Shown here: positions 37,536 to 48,749 of the stretch, one piece after another
Layout of the letters: each line of letters starts with the position of its first letter
Numbering within the stretch: position 1 is the first letter of the stretch
Origin: Polyangiaceae bacterium
GTDB taxonomy: Bacteria > Myxococcota_A > Polyangia > Polyangiales > Polyangiaceae
DNA: 64,000 bases
Assembly: GCA_044376115.1 (NCBI GenBank)
Contig: JBILLK010000007.1
Span: 192,001 to 256,000 of the forward strand
Reading direction: 5' to 3'
Notes under the pieces: model-generated
The model's database searches: none
The model's input: only the letters and a program-made list of their open reading frames with translations
Told to the model about the DNA's origin: nothing
Position numbers and translations under genes: made by a program

Positions 37536-38041
37536 CGGCGGCTTCGCCGGGCGGCGGGCGCGCTCGCAGCCAGCTTTTCTTGCTCAGCGAGTTGGGCCTT
37601 TGCTTCGCGTGCTCCTCGAGCGGCTAGCGCGTCGGCGCGCTCATTGCCCGCGTTGCCGTTGTGAGCGCGCAGCCAACGAAAGCTCGCGTTCAGCTTCCGC
37701 TCATGCAGCGCGCTCGCGATTCGGCGCACGCTCTCCACGATCGTTGGGTCGACCTTGGTGAAGCCGCCGAGCGCCCAGCTCGCGAGGCGCTTCTCAAGGT
37801 TCTCCACGAGCGCTTGGTTGTCGGAAAAGACGTTGACCGTCGAGCCTTCGGGTACCACCGCCAAGGCCTCGGCGACGGCCTGGTACTCCATCACCTTCGC
37901 CAAGGTGTTGACGGCGCTGCCATAGCCTTCGCTGAAGGGCCCGCTGGCCGTGCGCAAGACGAAGCCCCAGCCGCCGGGCGCCTGGTGACCCGCTTTGCAC
38001 GATCCGTCGGTGTAGCAGAAGAGCTCGCTTGGCTTGCTCAC
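37532..38041 (-). CDS. rnhA: Ribonuclease HI
   Basis: YTDGSC..PGGWG, ME, FSD, WLRAHNGNAGNERADALA; DEDD residues present. Confidence 0.88.
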   Translation of the reverse strand: MSKPSELFCYTDGSCKAGHQAPGGWGFVLRTASGPFSEGYGSAVNTLAKVMEYQAVAEALAVVPEGSTVNVFSDNQALVENLEKRLASWALGGFTKVDPTIVESVRRIASALHERKLNASFRWLRAHNGNAGNERADALAARGAREAKAQLAEQEKLAASAPAARRSRR

Positions 38042-38068
38042 GTTCCCTCGCTCAAGGCGAGCGCCTCC

Positions 38069-39163
38069 TCACTTGGAGCCGAATACTACGGCCTTGTTGC
38101 GTACGACTTTGCTGATGAACGCATCCTCGATCTTCGCGTTGATGGTCTTCTTGGCCTGGTCCCGATTGTACTCGCTGAGCTTACCTTGCAGGTCCACGCG
38201 ATCGCCGACCTCGAGCTTGAGCGGTACAGCGTTGGTCGCGACGGTGATGGTGATCTTGGTCTCCACCCGCTTGTACGAACAATCCTGAATCACGTCGGGC
38301 ACGCCGCCGCTGGTCCCGACGACCGATTTGCAGTTATAGGGCTCGCTCGCGATCTTGGCTCCGACGAGAGTGAAGCCGGTGCTGCTCACCGCGGTCACCT
38401 TCTTCTCGGTGCTGCCGTGGGCCACGTTCGCTCCATCCCCCTCCGAGTTGATCCAAACGGTGGCTCCAACGGTGGGCCCAGCGTCGATCGAGCGTTGGCC
38501 TTCCTCGGACGGCTTTTCGTACAAGGCGGTGGCAACCTTGGTTCCAGCCTCGCGCGCCGCCTCGAGCTCTTGGCGCCGCGCCTTCGGCAGCGGGAAGCTA
38601 TCGGTGAGGTCCTCGGAGGTTAGGTACCGGATCCCGAGCGAGCTGTACTCGCCCTTCGAAGCACCGAGGAGGAAGCGATCGTGTTCTTCCTCTTTTGATC
38701 CGAGCGCCCGGCCATGCTTCGTGAAGCCCGTGTCGATGCCGAGCGAAACCATGAAAGGGTAGGTCGCAAACTCGACCTTGGCAGCGCGATGAATCTCCGC
38801 TGCGGCCGCAGCGATCGGGAACTGCAGAAGGTAGACGTTCTCCGGCTTCTTCGCCGCAGCGTTGCTCGCCGTCTTCGTCCACAACGCGCGCAGCGCCTCG
38901 GTTTTCTCATAGTGGTTGCCCGAGGAGGCTTTGATCGTCTGCACCTCTTTGGTCAGCTGGCTCGAGAGCGGCTCGATCTCGGCCCACCACGTGGGAAACG
39001 CAGCATCGGCCTCGGTCAGCCACTTGGTGGCTCCTGGGCTCGCGCCGGCGGTGGAACTACCGGTGCTGGCTTGGTTGGGCGAGCCAGTGCCGAGACCTTC
39101 GACCTTGAACAGGCTGCAGTTGGTGAGTGCGATCAGGCAGGAGGCGACGATCAGGTTCTTCAT
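38069..39163 (-). CDS. Hypothetical lipoprotein
   Basis: AAGGA RBS; MKNLIVASCLIALTNC. Confidence 0.8.
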   Translation of the reverse strand: MKNLIVASCLIALTNCSLFKVEGLGTGSPNQASTGSSTAGASPGATKWLTEADAAFPTWWAEIEPLSSQLTKEVQTIKASSGNHYEKTEALRALWTKTASNAAAKKPENVYLLQFPIAAAAAEIHRAAKVEFATYPFMVSLGIDTGFTKHGRALGSKEEEHDRFLLGASKGEYSSLGIRYLTSEDLTDSFPLPKARRQELEAAREAGTKVATALYEKPSEEGQRSIDAGPTVGATVWINSEGDGANVAHGSTEKKVTAVSSTGFTLVGAKIASEPYNCKSVVGTSGGVPDVIQDCSYKRVETKITITVATNAVPLKLEVGDRVDLQGKLSEYNRDQAKKTINAKIEDAFISKVVRNKAVVFGSK

Positions 39164-39303
39164 GGGGTTCCTTGCGAAGGTTGCGCCCTTGATACGCCGC
39201 TGTTCGGAGCACCCCCCATCGGGTTCTTTGAACCACGAATGCAGCAAGTGGACCGTGGTTTGTGCCGGATGGTCCGGATCTCCCTTCGGGTTTGCAACCT
39301 CCG

Positions 39304-40338
39304 TCAGGGAAGCTTGACCCAACACGCGAGCGCGTCGGCGCAGCGAGCCTCCCCGAGGTCCTCGCGCGCGCCACGCAACGCTGCTGCGAGTTTGATGGCG
39401 TGGTCGTCGAGCGAGGCCACGGCTTGCCGCAGCAAGCTCGCGAAGGAGTCGCTCGTACGCCTTGGTTCAACGAATGGGTAGCGGCCGACGAAGGCGACGC
39501 GCATGGCGAGCAGCGCGTGCGCCGCATAGTTCGCGAGTTCACGGGCTTGCGGATCGGGAAGGGCCCGCCCAAGCGTGAGCGCCGCATCCATCCCAGTGAC
39601 CACATGCAGCATGGTGAAGGTGTTCAGCGGCAGGTACTCCGCTTGCAGCAACAGGTCGACAGCGGCCCGCCGCAGCTCGCGCAAGGCATGCTCGGGGTTC
39701 TCGGGCAGCTCCAGGGCTTCGGCTACGTTGGCGAGTTGCGAATGGGCGCGTGCGCGCCGGGCCAGCGCCGTCGAGATGAGGCCGCTGCGGGTCTCCAAGG
39801 CCTCTGGCGAAGGCTCGAGCGCGTGCAGCGCTTGTTGCAGGCTGAGGCGAGGGGCTTCAGTTGCAGCTCGCGCCTGCGGCAGGACTTCAGCGCGCACGCA
39901 GGCGTAGGCGAGGGCTTTGGCCAGCTCGTCGCGTCGAAGCCCTAGCGAGGTCGGGCTTTCGGAGTTGGCGCGGGTAAACGAGCGCTGCGCATGGGCCAGT
40001 CGGATCAGCCCGTGGAAGGCCGCACCTGCGAGGCCCGGCGCATAGCGTGGGAACCACTCGAGCAGCACCTGCGGCGCGCCCTTTTGCCGTAGCTCGTCAC
40101 GAGCCTGTGTAACCAGCTCCGCGTAGTTGCCCAGGCCGGGCTCCGGCTGTGCACCGAGCTTGCGCAGCTTGGGCAGCGTCTTTGCGAGGAAGGGCTCGAT
40201 GGCTTCGGTCGATTCCAGCCGGTCCAGTGCCTCGAGCACCATCGGAGCATGGTCGGAGAGCTCGGCGCCGTACTCCGGGCTTAGATCACGCAGGGCAAGG
40301 AGTCCGGCATCGACGGCTGCAATGGCTTGGTTGTGCAT
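39304..40338 (-). CDS. Questin-oxidase-like / DUF4243 family protein
   Basis: LSDHAPMVLEAL, PGLAGAAFHGLIRL, LHVVTG, DDHAIK motifs. Confidence 0.75.
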   Translation of the reverse strand: MHNQAIAAVDAGLLALRDLSPEYGAELSDHAPMVLEALDRLESTEAIEPFLAKTLPKLRKLGAQPEPGLGNYAELVTQARDELRQKGAPQVLLEWFPRYAPGLAGAAFHGLIRLAHAQRSFTRANSESPTSLGLRRDELAKALAYACVRAEVLPQARAATEAPRLSLQQALHALEPSPEALETRSGLISTALARRARAHSQLANVAEALELPENPEHALRELRRAAVDLLLQAEYLPLNTFTMLHVVTGMDAALTLGRALPDPQARELANYAAHALLAMRVAFVGRYPFVEPRRTSDSFASLLRQAVASLDDHAIKLAAALRGAREDLGEARCADALACWVKLP

Positions 40339-40465
40339 GCCCCAAAGCCTAGGTTGCTCGTTCTAAAAAAGTAGCGAGCGTGTCGATACGTTGGAATGCT
40401 TCTGCTCGGTCGGAAAACAGCTCTTCGGGCTGCCTCTCTTGAGCTTCGTCTAAGCTGCGCGTCGA

Positions 40466-41030
40466 ATGAAACTGAAGCTCAGACCACGTGCATCGCTGCT
40501 CGTGGCCCTCCTCGGCTGTGGAGCTCCTGCGGCTCCCGGTACGAAGCTCGCTGCAACGGCCTCTTCGCCGACGGCTGCGGTGGTAACGGTTCCTGAGCTT
40601 GCTCCTGGTGCGCTGCGCCTTGCCGTTGGCGACGAGCATGTCTGTCAGCTGCTCGACGACGGCGCCGTTCGCTGCTCCGGGGACAACCGCTTGGATCAGC
40701 TTGGGAACGGCTTTTCACCCTTTCAGCTCGAGCCGGCCGAGGTTCCGGGCCTCAGCGAGGTGACCGACGTAGCCATGTTTGACGCGCTGACCTGTGCGCT
40801 CGATGCGCGCGGCAAGGTGTTTTGTTTTGGTGATCGCGTGCCTGTTCCGACCGAGCTGCCCCTGCCCAAGGTGGTCGCGATGATGGCGGGGCAGGGGAAG
40901 TTGCTGGTGCAGCTCGCGGACGGGCGTTTTGGTCGGGTCCAACGCTACAAGTTGTTCGAGCAGGGGCAACGCATCGACCTAGCCGGTGGACCAAGCTTCC
41001 GCGATGCGCGGCTCGCTGCAGATGCCAACG
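40466..41030 (+). pseudogene. RCC1-repeat lipoprotein, 3'-truncated
   Basis: Lipobox ALLGC; LAVGDEHVCQLLDDGAVRCSGDNRLDQLG and TCALDARGKVFCFG; only about 2 repeats before similarity is lost. Confidence 0.65.
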
Positions 41031-41522
41031 TCTACTTGCGCAGCCGGTCTTCTTCAGCGTGCTCAAGCATGACCAGGCCGCAGACCCGGCAGCGCTGCGA
41101 GAGGTCGAGACGTTTGTCGCGCACCCATGGTTTCTCCACGAAGAAACGCGGGGCGGAACCGAGCCGTGGCTAGAGCTCTTCATCGACTATTGGAACCGCC
41201 CCGGCTCTTGGGCACGGATGCCCGAAGCGATGCGCACCCTCACGCTCTCCCAGGTTGGAAGATGTTTCAGGAGGTTCGCGCCGTGTTCGAGGATGAACTT
41301 CGAATTGACCCGGAGCTGCAATCACTGCCCATCACCTTGATGGTCGGGGACCGCAGCACAGCCGCCTCGCAGGCGATATCGCGGGCTGTGGCTAAGCAAA
41401 TGCCGGCGTGTCTTGTCGAGGCGTCCGGACTTGCCCATATGGCTCCGCTGACGCATCCGCGACGGGTTTACGAAGAGATCGCGAGGCACTTTCAGTCGCT
41501 TCTGGCGCGAAATCACGAATGA
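41030..41522 (+). pseudogene. Alpha/beta hydrolase C-terminal fragment, frameshifted
   Basis: QPVFFSVL..FIDYWNRPGSW, shift near 41250 to GWKMFQEVR..LMVGDRS..GLAHMAPLTHP; the nucleophile-bearing half is absent. Confidence 0.7.
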
Positions 41523-41531
41523 ACAAATCTG

Positions 41532-41563
41532 ATTCTTGACTAAATCTAAAATTGGACCATTGT
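41532..41563 (+). promoter_or_regulatory. katG promoter with FurA-box-like element
   Basis: AT-rich ATTCTTGACTAAATCTAAA containing a -35 TTGACT (41536-41541). Confidence 0.6.
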
Positions 41564-41612
41564 AGGGTACTGCTTGCGACCTTCACCGCGACCCTCGTTC
41601 CTCCGCTGGTGA

Positions 41613-43949
<2,337 letters not shown>

Positions 43950-44009
43950 GCATCGGCGCAAGCCGACCAATTGATTGCAAGGATTTCCAACTAGAATCAG
44001 GATGAAGCC

Positions 44010-44450
44010 ATGTCCGCGAAGCCCGTTGAACCTGCCCAGCTGCTTCGCGCTCATGGCGTCCAGGTCACGGCCCAACGCATCGCGGTGCTGCGGGCTGTTT
44101 CACGTTGCCCCCACGGCACAGCGGATGAGCTGGCCGAGGCGGTGCGAGCCGAGATCGGGGCGATCTCTCGGCAGGCCGTTTACGACGCTCTGTCGATGCT
44201 CGCCACCAAAGGGCTGATTCGGCGCATCCAACCAGCCGGCTCGTCGGCGCGATTCGAAGGTCGGGTGGGGGATAACCACCACCACCTGATCTGCCGCGTC
44301 TGCTCGCGGATGGTGGACGTTGATTGTGCGGTTGGCTACACGCCGTGCCTCACCGCGGCTGACAGCGCTGGCTACGAGATCGATGAGGCCGAGGTTGTGT
44401 ATTGGGGCCGCTGCCCCGAGTGCGTGGCGGCAACCCCGGCGCCGAAGTAG
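44010..44450 (+). CDS. furA: Fur family regulator, FurA/PerR-like
   Basis: [56 protein letters not shown], the actinobacterial FurA pattern. Confidence 0.9.
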   Translation: MSAKPVEPAQLLRAHGVQVTAQRIAVLRAVSRCPHGTADELAEAVRAEIGAISRQAVYDALSMLATKGLIRRIQPAGSSARFEGRVGDNHHHLICRVCSRMVDVDCAVGYTPCLTAADSAGYEIDEAEVVYWGRCPECVAATPAPK

Positions 44451-44512
44451 CGAGCGGTTGCGTTCGGCTCTTGCCGCGTGACGCAGCTCACGGTCGAAGT
44501 ACGACCTCGGCC

Positions 44513-46219
44513 TCACTCCCGTACAAGACGAACATCCTCGATATCCGGCTGATCTCCGCCCGTCACGAGCACGGCGGCGGTGGCGTTGGCCTCCGGAGCG
44601 CCCGGCCGATTGCCCCAGACGAAGATGTCTTGAAAGCGCACCTTGGTCGGCCCGAGTACGTGAAATACCGGCTTATCGGTCACGCTCTCATCGTCGAACA
44701 CGACGGCGGTCTTCCATCCGTCTCCGATGATTTGGATATCGGTGTTCGCAGGGATGACGACCGCGCTATCGATGTTGAGGCTGCCGTTTGCGCCGGAGAG
44801 GTGCACCACCGGCCGCGAGCCCGGATTGCTCGCCTCGAAGGCCACGGCTGCATCGACGGCGGCTTGGATCTCCTCGTCGCTGACGCCCTGCGCGGAGGGC
44901 TCGACCTCGAAGATCTCTCGGGCTCGCTTGACGGCGAAGGGAACGGCCTCGGGGACCTGCACCTCGATCGCTGAGCTGGCGACGACCGTATTGTCGACGT
45001 CGGTGATGCGACCGGTGGCTGCGATGCCTCCCTCGACCGTCAGCTGATTGCCGATCGCTGCGAGGTGAGCCTTTCCTTGGATGACCGGGCCAACGGTGCC
45101 AGACGCCGAACGAATGGTGTTGTCGACGACGTAAGCGATGGGCGAGGCGATGTCGATCGCGACGCTATCCAACGGATCCAAGATCACGTTGCCGAAGAAC
45201 GACTGTTGGTCTGCGATTGGGCGCCCAACGAACGGATCGTGTCGTTGGAAGGCGCGTGATTCCACCGAGAGGTTGCCGCGCGCCGCAGCGACGTTCTTGA
45301 CGTCACTGTTGGTCGAGCGAAGGAACGTCGACTGGTTGACGAAGATCTCGGCATAGCCGTTTCCCGCACAGGCGCCGTCATTGGTGACGGGGCCGTTCTG
45401 CACGCCGATGGCGCAGTCCTCGAAACGCGAGTGCCACACGAACCAATTGAACGAGTTGGCCGAGGAGGCCTCCACCCCGGCAACCGAGATCGAACGGAAC
45501 AGCGAACGTTCGACGACGATCTCAGCGTCGGCTTGGAAGCAGCTCAACTCCGCCGGCGATCGCAGCCCGTACTCGAGGTTCTGAAAAATCAGGTCCTGGT
45601 ACAGGTTCATCCCTGAGTAGTTCCCATATTGCTGGCTCACCTCCTGGCGAATGCCGCTCTTGGCCTGACCTTGCCCCTCGAACGTGATGCGCTCGAACTT
45701 GGTGCCGTTGACGGCGTCGACCCACATCATGTCGTCGCCGGGCGGCCCGTCCCACAGCAGCGTGACGGTCTCGGGGTCGTCTCCGACGAGGTGGGCGTCA
45801 TCGAGGTCCTGGAGTAACAAGGTGTTGGTGATGCGGTACGTCCCCGGCGGGAGATAAAGCACCCGCGCGAAGCCGTCGTCGCGCAGATGGTCGATGGCGG
45901 CTTGCAGGGCCGCTGTGTCGTCGCTGACACCGTCGCCGACGGCGCCGCCATAGGTACGGTCTGTTTTGGCGTTCACCCAGCTAGCGAACGGGCCGACGAA
46001 GTCGTCGGCCTCGCCCGGCGAAGCGTTGGGACCCGCCCCATTCGCACCCTCGCCGCTGGCGCCTGTGCCGTTGGCGCCGTTGCCGTTAGCGCCTGCGCCG
46101 TTGGCGCCAGCTCCACCGACGGCCGTGCTGTCTTCGCCCTCATCGTCGGCGCAACTGCATCCGAACGTTGCCGTTGTCGACAGTACGGCGGAGACCAGAA
46201 CCACCTGCAAGTTCCTCAT
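44513..46219 (-). CDS. Pectate-lyase-superfamily (GH28/GH55-like) beta-helix lipoprotein, possibly C-truncated
   Basis: YGGAVGDGVSDDTAALQAAID..LYLPPGTYRITNTL; a second IQAAVDAA..IIGDG repeat ends abruptly. Confidence 0.82.
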   Translation of the reverse strand: MRNLQVVLVSAVLSTTATFGCSCADDEGEDSTAVGGAGANGAGANGNGANGTGASGEGANGAGPNASPGEADDFVGPFASWVNAKTDRTYGGAVGDGVSDDTAALQAAIDHLRDDGFARVLYLPPGTYRITNTLLLQDLDDAHLVGDDPETVTLLWDGPPGDDMMWVDAVNGTKFERITFEGQGQAKSGIRQEVSQQYGNYSGMNLYQDLIFQNLEYGLRSPAELSCFQADAEIVVERSLFRSISVAGVEASSANSFNWFVWHSRFEDCAIGVQNGPVTNDGACAGNGYAEIFVNQSTFLRSTNSDVKNVAAARGNLSVESRAFQRHDPFVGRPIADQQSFFGNVILDPLDSVAIDIASPIAYVVDNTIRSASGTVGPVIQGKAHLAAIGNQLTVEGGIAATGRITDVDNTVVASSAIEVQVPEAVPFAVKRAREIFEVEPSAQGVSDEEIQAAVDAAVAFEASNPGSRPVVHLSGANGSLNIDSAVVIPANTDIQIIGDGWKTAVVFDDESVTDKPVFHVLGPTKVRFQDIFVWGNRPGAPEANATAAVLVTGGDQPDIEDVRLVRE

Positions 46220-46352
46220 GGCTGAGACCTTTCCAGGCGCCGACTCCCGCGGCGCTGTCGGTAGATGCTTTACCGAATGTACTACTATAGTTCAGTGGGT
46301 CAACCCTTGCGTCTGCCAGCTCAGTTCCGCTATTTCTTGGTACTGTGCGTCG

Positions 46353-47177
46353 ATGCGCTCCTTCGCAACGACCTTCCTTGTTCTGTGCTGCACCCTTGGC
46401 TGTGGTTCCACCATCACCGTTGAAGACGGTAGTGGTGGGGCGACGAGCGACGGCGGCTCACCCGCAGCTGGCGCTGCTGGTCCGGTTGGTCCGGGCGGCA
46501 ATAACCAAGGCCCCGCGGGCCCTGGCAACGGGCCCGGTCCTGGCAACGGGCCCGGTCCTGGCAACGGGCCCGGTCCTGGCAACGGCCCCGGTCCTGGCAA
46601 CGGCCCCGGCCCTGGCAACGGCCCCGGTCCTGGTCCCGGTCCTGGTCCTGGCGCTGGTGGCAGCTCTCCCGGCTGCTTTGACGAGTTTTCGGTCACAGCA
46701 CCACCACCACTTCCCGCGGTCGGCGGTCAGGGCGTGTGTTCACCCGATGACATCTTTCAGTTCATCGACGCCTGTCTGCAGGAAAGCGGCAACGAGCAGG
46801 TATGCAACGATTTCGTCAGCGCCAATTCAGCCTGCGCGACATGCTTCGGCTATCCAGGGCGCACGATGTTGCAGCCGGTGCTCATATCCGGGGAGTTCTT
46901 CATTCTTCCCAACGTCACGACGTGTGAAGCGCTCGTTCAGGGCAAGCCAGCGTGTGCCGCCGAGGTGACCAACTTCAACTTCTGCGTGTTCAACAGTTGC
47001 GGCCAGTGCGGGGACTTCGAGTTCGACCAGTGCGTTCAGTTCTCGCAGGGAGCCTGCAGCGCGTCGTTCCCGGTGAGTGACGAGTGCAGCACCCTGCTCG
47101 ACGTCCAGTCGCCCGAGTGCGGCGGGGATGAGATTTTTCAGCTGATCACCAACCTCGCGACCGTGATCTGCGGTTAG
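46353..47177 (+). CDS. Cys-rich lipoprotein with (PGNGPG)n linker
   Basis: MRSFATTFLVLCCTLGC; Cys-rich C-terminal domain. Confidence 0.82.
   Translation: MRSFATTFLVLCCTLGCGSTITVEDGSGGATSDGGSPAAGAAGPVGPGGNNQGPAGPGNGPGPGNGPGPGNGPGPGNGPGPGNGPGPGNGPGPGPGPGPGAGGSSPGCFDEFSVTAPPPLPAVGGQGVCSPDDIFQFIDACLQESGNEQVCNDFVSANSACATCFGYPGRTMLQPVLISGEFFILPNVTTCEALVQGKPACAAEVTNFNFCVFNSCGQCGDFEFDQCVQFSQGACSASFPVSDECSTLLDVQSPECGGDEIFQLITNLATVICG
46521..46628. repeat. 18-bp coding tandem repeat x6
   Basis: cctggcaacgg(g/c)cccggt units. Confidence 0.95.
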
Positions 47178-47188
47178 GTCATCAGCGC

Positions 47189-47701
47189 TTAGGTTGCCAC
47201 GCGAATCACAGTGGGTGGTAGCGCGCTCCCGTGCGCTACCCACTCGTAGCTGAACTCAAGCCGTGGCCGCCCCAGGCCAAAGAGCCGGCCGACGGCGAAG
47301 GCGGTCTCCTCGGCGAGCACCGGCTGCGTAGCGAACACCCTCTGGAATTGGCTCGCGCTGCCGCGCAGGGCGTACTTGGCGAAGCGCAGCGGGTCTCCTT
47401 GCTCCGGCTTCTCAACCTCAGGTCCAGTGAAACGGCGCGCGACGCGTTTGCCGTGGTTGTAGACCGAGCAATGACAGTCGTCGCTGTCGTAGACCAAGAA
47501 GGCCAAGGCCACGCACTGCAGCGTGTCGCTCAGCAGCCGTGCGTAGGTGGCAGCGCTGGCGCCGTCGAACGGGTAGATAGAGACCCAGCCGTTCTGGGCG
47601 TCCGAGACGTAGGCCGGCAAGACGCCCGGGGTCTTCGACAGAGCCGCGCCCACGGCCGCGCGCTCCGCCTGCAGATGAAGGTTGAACAAGAACGTCCCCA
47701 C
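47189..47701 (-). CDS. Hypothetical protein
   Basis: Protein-like ORF (GTFLFNLHL..GWVSIYP..FLVYDSD); start GTG 47701 or TTG 47710. Confidence 0.65.
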   Translation of the reverse strand: MGTFLFNLHLQAERAAVGAALSKTPGVLPAYVSDAQNGWVSIYPFDGASAATYARLLSDTLQCVALAFLVYDSDDCHCSVYNHGKRVARRFTGPEVEKPEQGDPLRFAKYALRGSASQFQRVFATQPVLAEETAFAVGRLFGLGRPRLEFSYEWVAHGSALPPTVIRVAT

Positions 47702-47713
47702 GCTCAGCAAGGA

Positions 47714-48685
47714 CTAGTCGCGAAAGCCCTTCGAGTCAAAGTCGCTGGCTCCGACGTCCGCCGCGATCACTGCGAGCTGCGGTGGACCGTAGGGCAGGGC
47801 ACGCAGCGTGTCTGCCACGTGCTCGATCAGATCGGGCAGCCGCCTGGTGGCGCTGTTCGTCAACATCGTGGAACTCAGATTCTCGTTGCCGAGCACGAAC
47901 CGATCGCCAGCCTCGAGCGCAAGCCGAGTCAGATCGAAGTTGGGCGCTTGCTCGCTGGTGCCAAGGACCTTAAGCAAGATGTTGTTGGCCTCGTCGCGCC
48001 CGAGTTGGCCGCTTTCGATTAATGAGCGGCCTTCAACGGAGCGGCCCAAGGTATGAGCCAGCGTCAACTGTCTCGGCTGCGCGGCGCGTACGAGCCACGA
48101 GCCGCACTCGCCCACCCAACATGAATAGAGGTTGGGCGGCGCGATCAGCACCAAGCTCAGCGAACAGCCGAGTCCGCGTAGGTTCGTGCGTGGCCCAGCT
48201 GCAGTGCCGAAGCTGCGTCCCGCGAGCGGCGTGCGGCTCGCCTCGAGGATGCGCTCGTGCGCATCGAGCATCACCCGGCGAAGCGCTGGCCCAACATCGG
48301 CCTGCGAAATGAGCGGCCTCTGCGCGTGATCGAGCAGGGTGACCACCGCCAACCCCGCCGCGATCGCCGTGCCCTCGTCCTTGTAATTGCCTTCGGCGAG
48401 CCCGGCGACCAACACGTCGCTATCGCCACAGCGCCACGGAGCGAGCGCCACCGCGCTCGTCGCGAGCGGCGACCAAGCTCCCTCGGTGCGCGCCAGCGCA
48501 TGCACCGGCCCGAGCGTGAGCTCCAGGCTCGCCGCATCACCGAAGCGCGCCGTACGACCGAGGCGAGCCTCGGCCGCTAGACGTGCTTCCAAGTTCGCGA
48601 GCAGCGACTGAGCCATCGGCGCAGCGTACGCGAAGGGGAACGCGAACTGCGCGAAGGAGTGGCGGGCGCCGAGGTCATAGGCCAT
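47714..48685 (-). CDS. PP2C/PPM-fold protein with degenerate catalytic motifs
   Basis: GLGCSLSLVL..LYSCWVGECGSWLVR..QLTLAHTL..NILLKVLG..LEAGDRFVLGNENL parallels PP2C motifs. Confidence 0.7.
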   Translation of the reverse strand: MAYDLGARHSFAQFAFPFAYAAPMAQSLLANLEARLAAEARLGRTARFGDAASLELTLGPVHALARTEGAWSPLATSAVALAPWRCGDSDVLVAGLAEGNYKDEGTAIAAGLAVVTLLDHAQRPLISQADVGPALRRVMLDAHERILEASRTPLAGRSFGTAAGPRTNLRGLGCSLSLVLIAPPNLYSCWVGECGSWLVRAAQPRQLTLAHTLGRSVEGRSLIESGQLGRDEANNILLKVLGTSEQAPNFDLTRLALEAGDRFVLGNENLSSTMLTNSATRRLPDLIEHVADTLRALPYGPPQLAVIAADVGASDFDSKGFRD

Positions 48686-48749
48686 GTCGAGCTCGGCTAT
48701 TGACGAGACCTATCGCTTCCTCGAGGTCGCCGAACCTTAGACTCTGCGC

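Noticed and set aside
37532..38041. RNase HI as part of the putative retron system
   Set aside because: It is 30 kb away and unlinked; an ordinary housekeeping-type gene.
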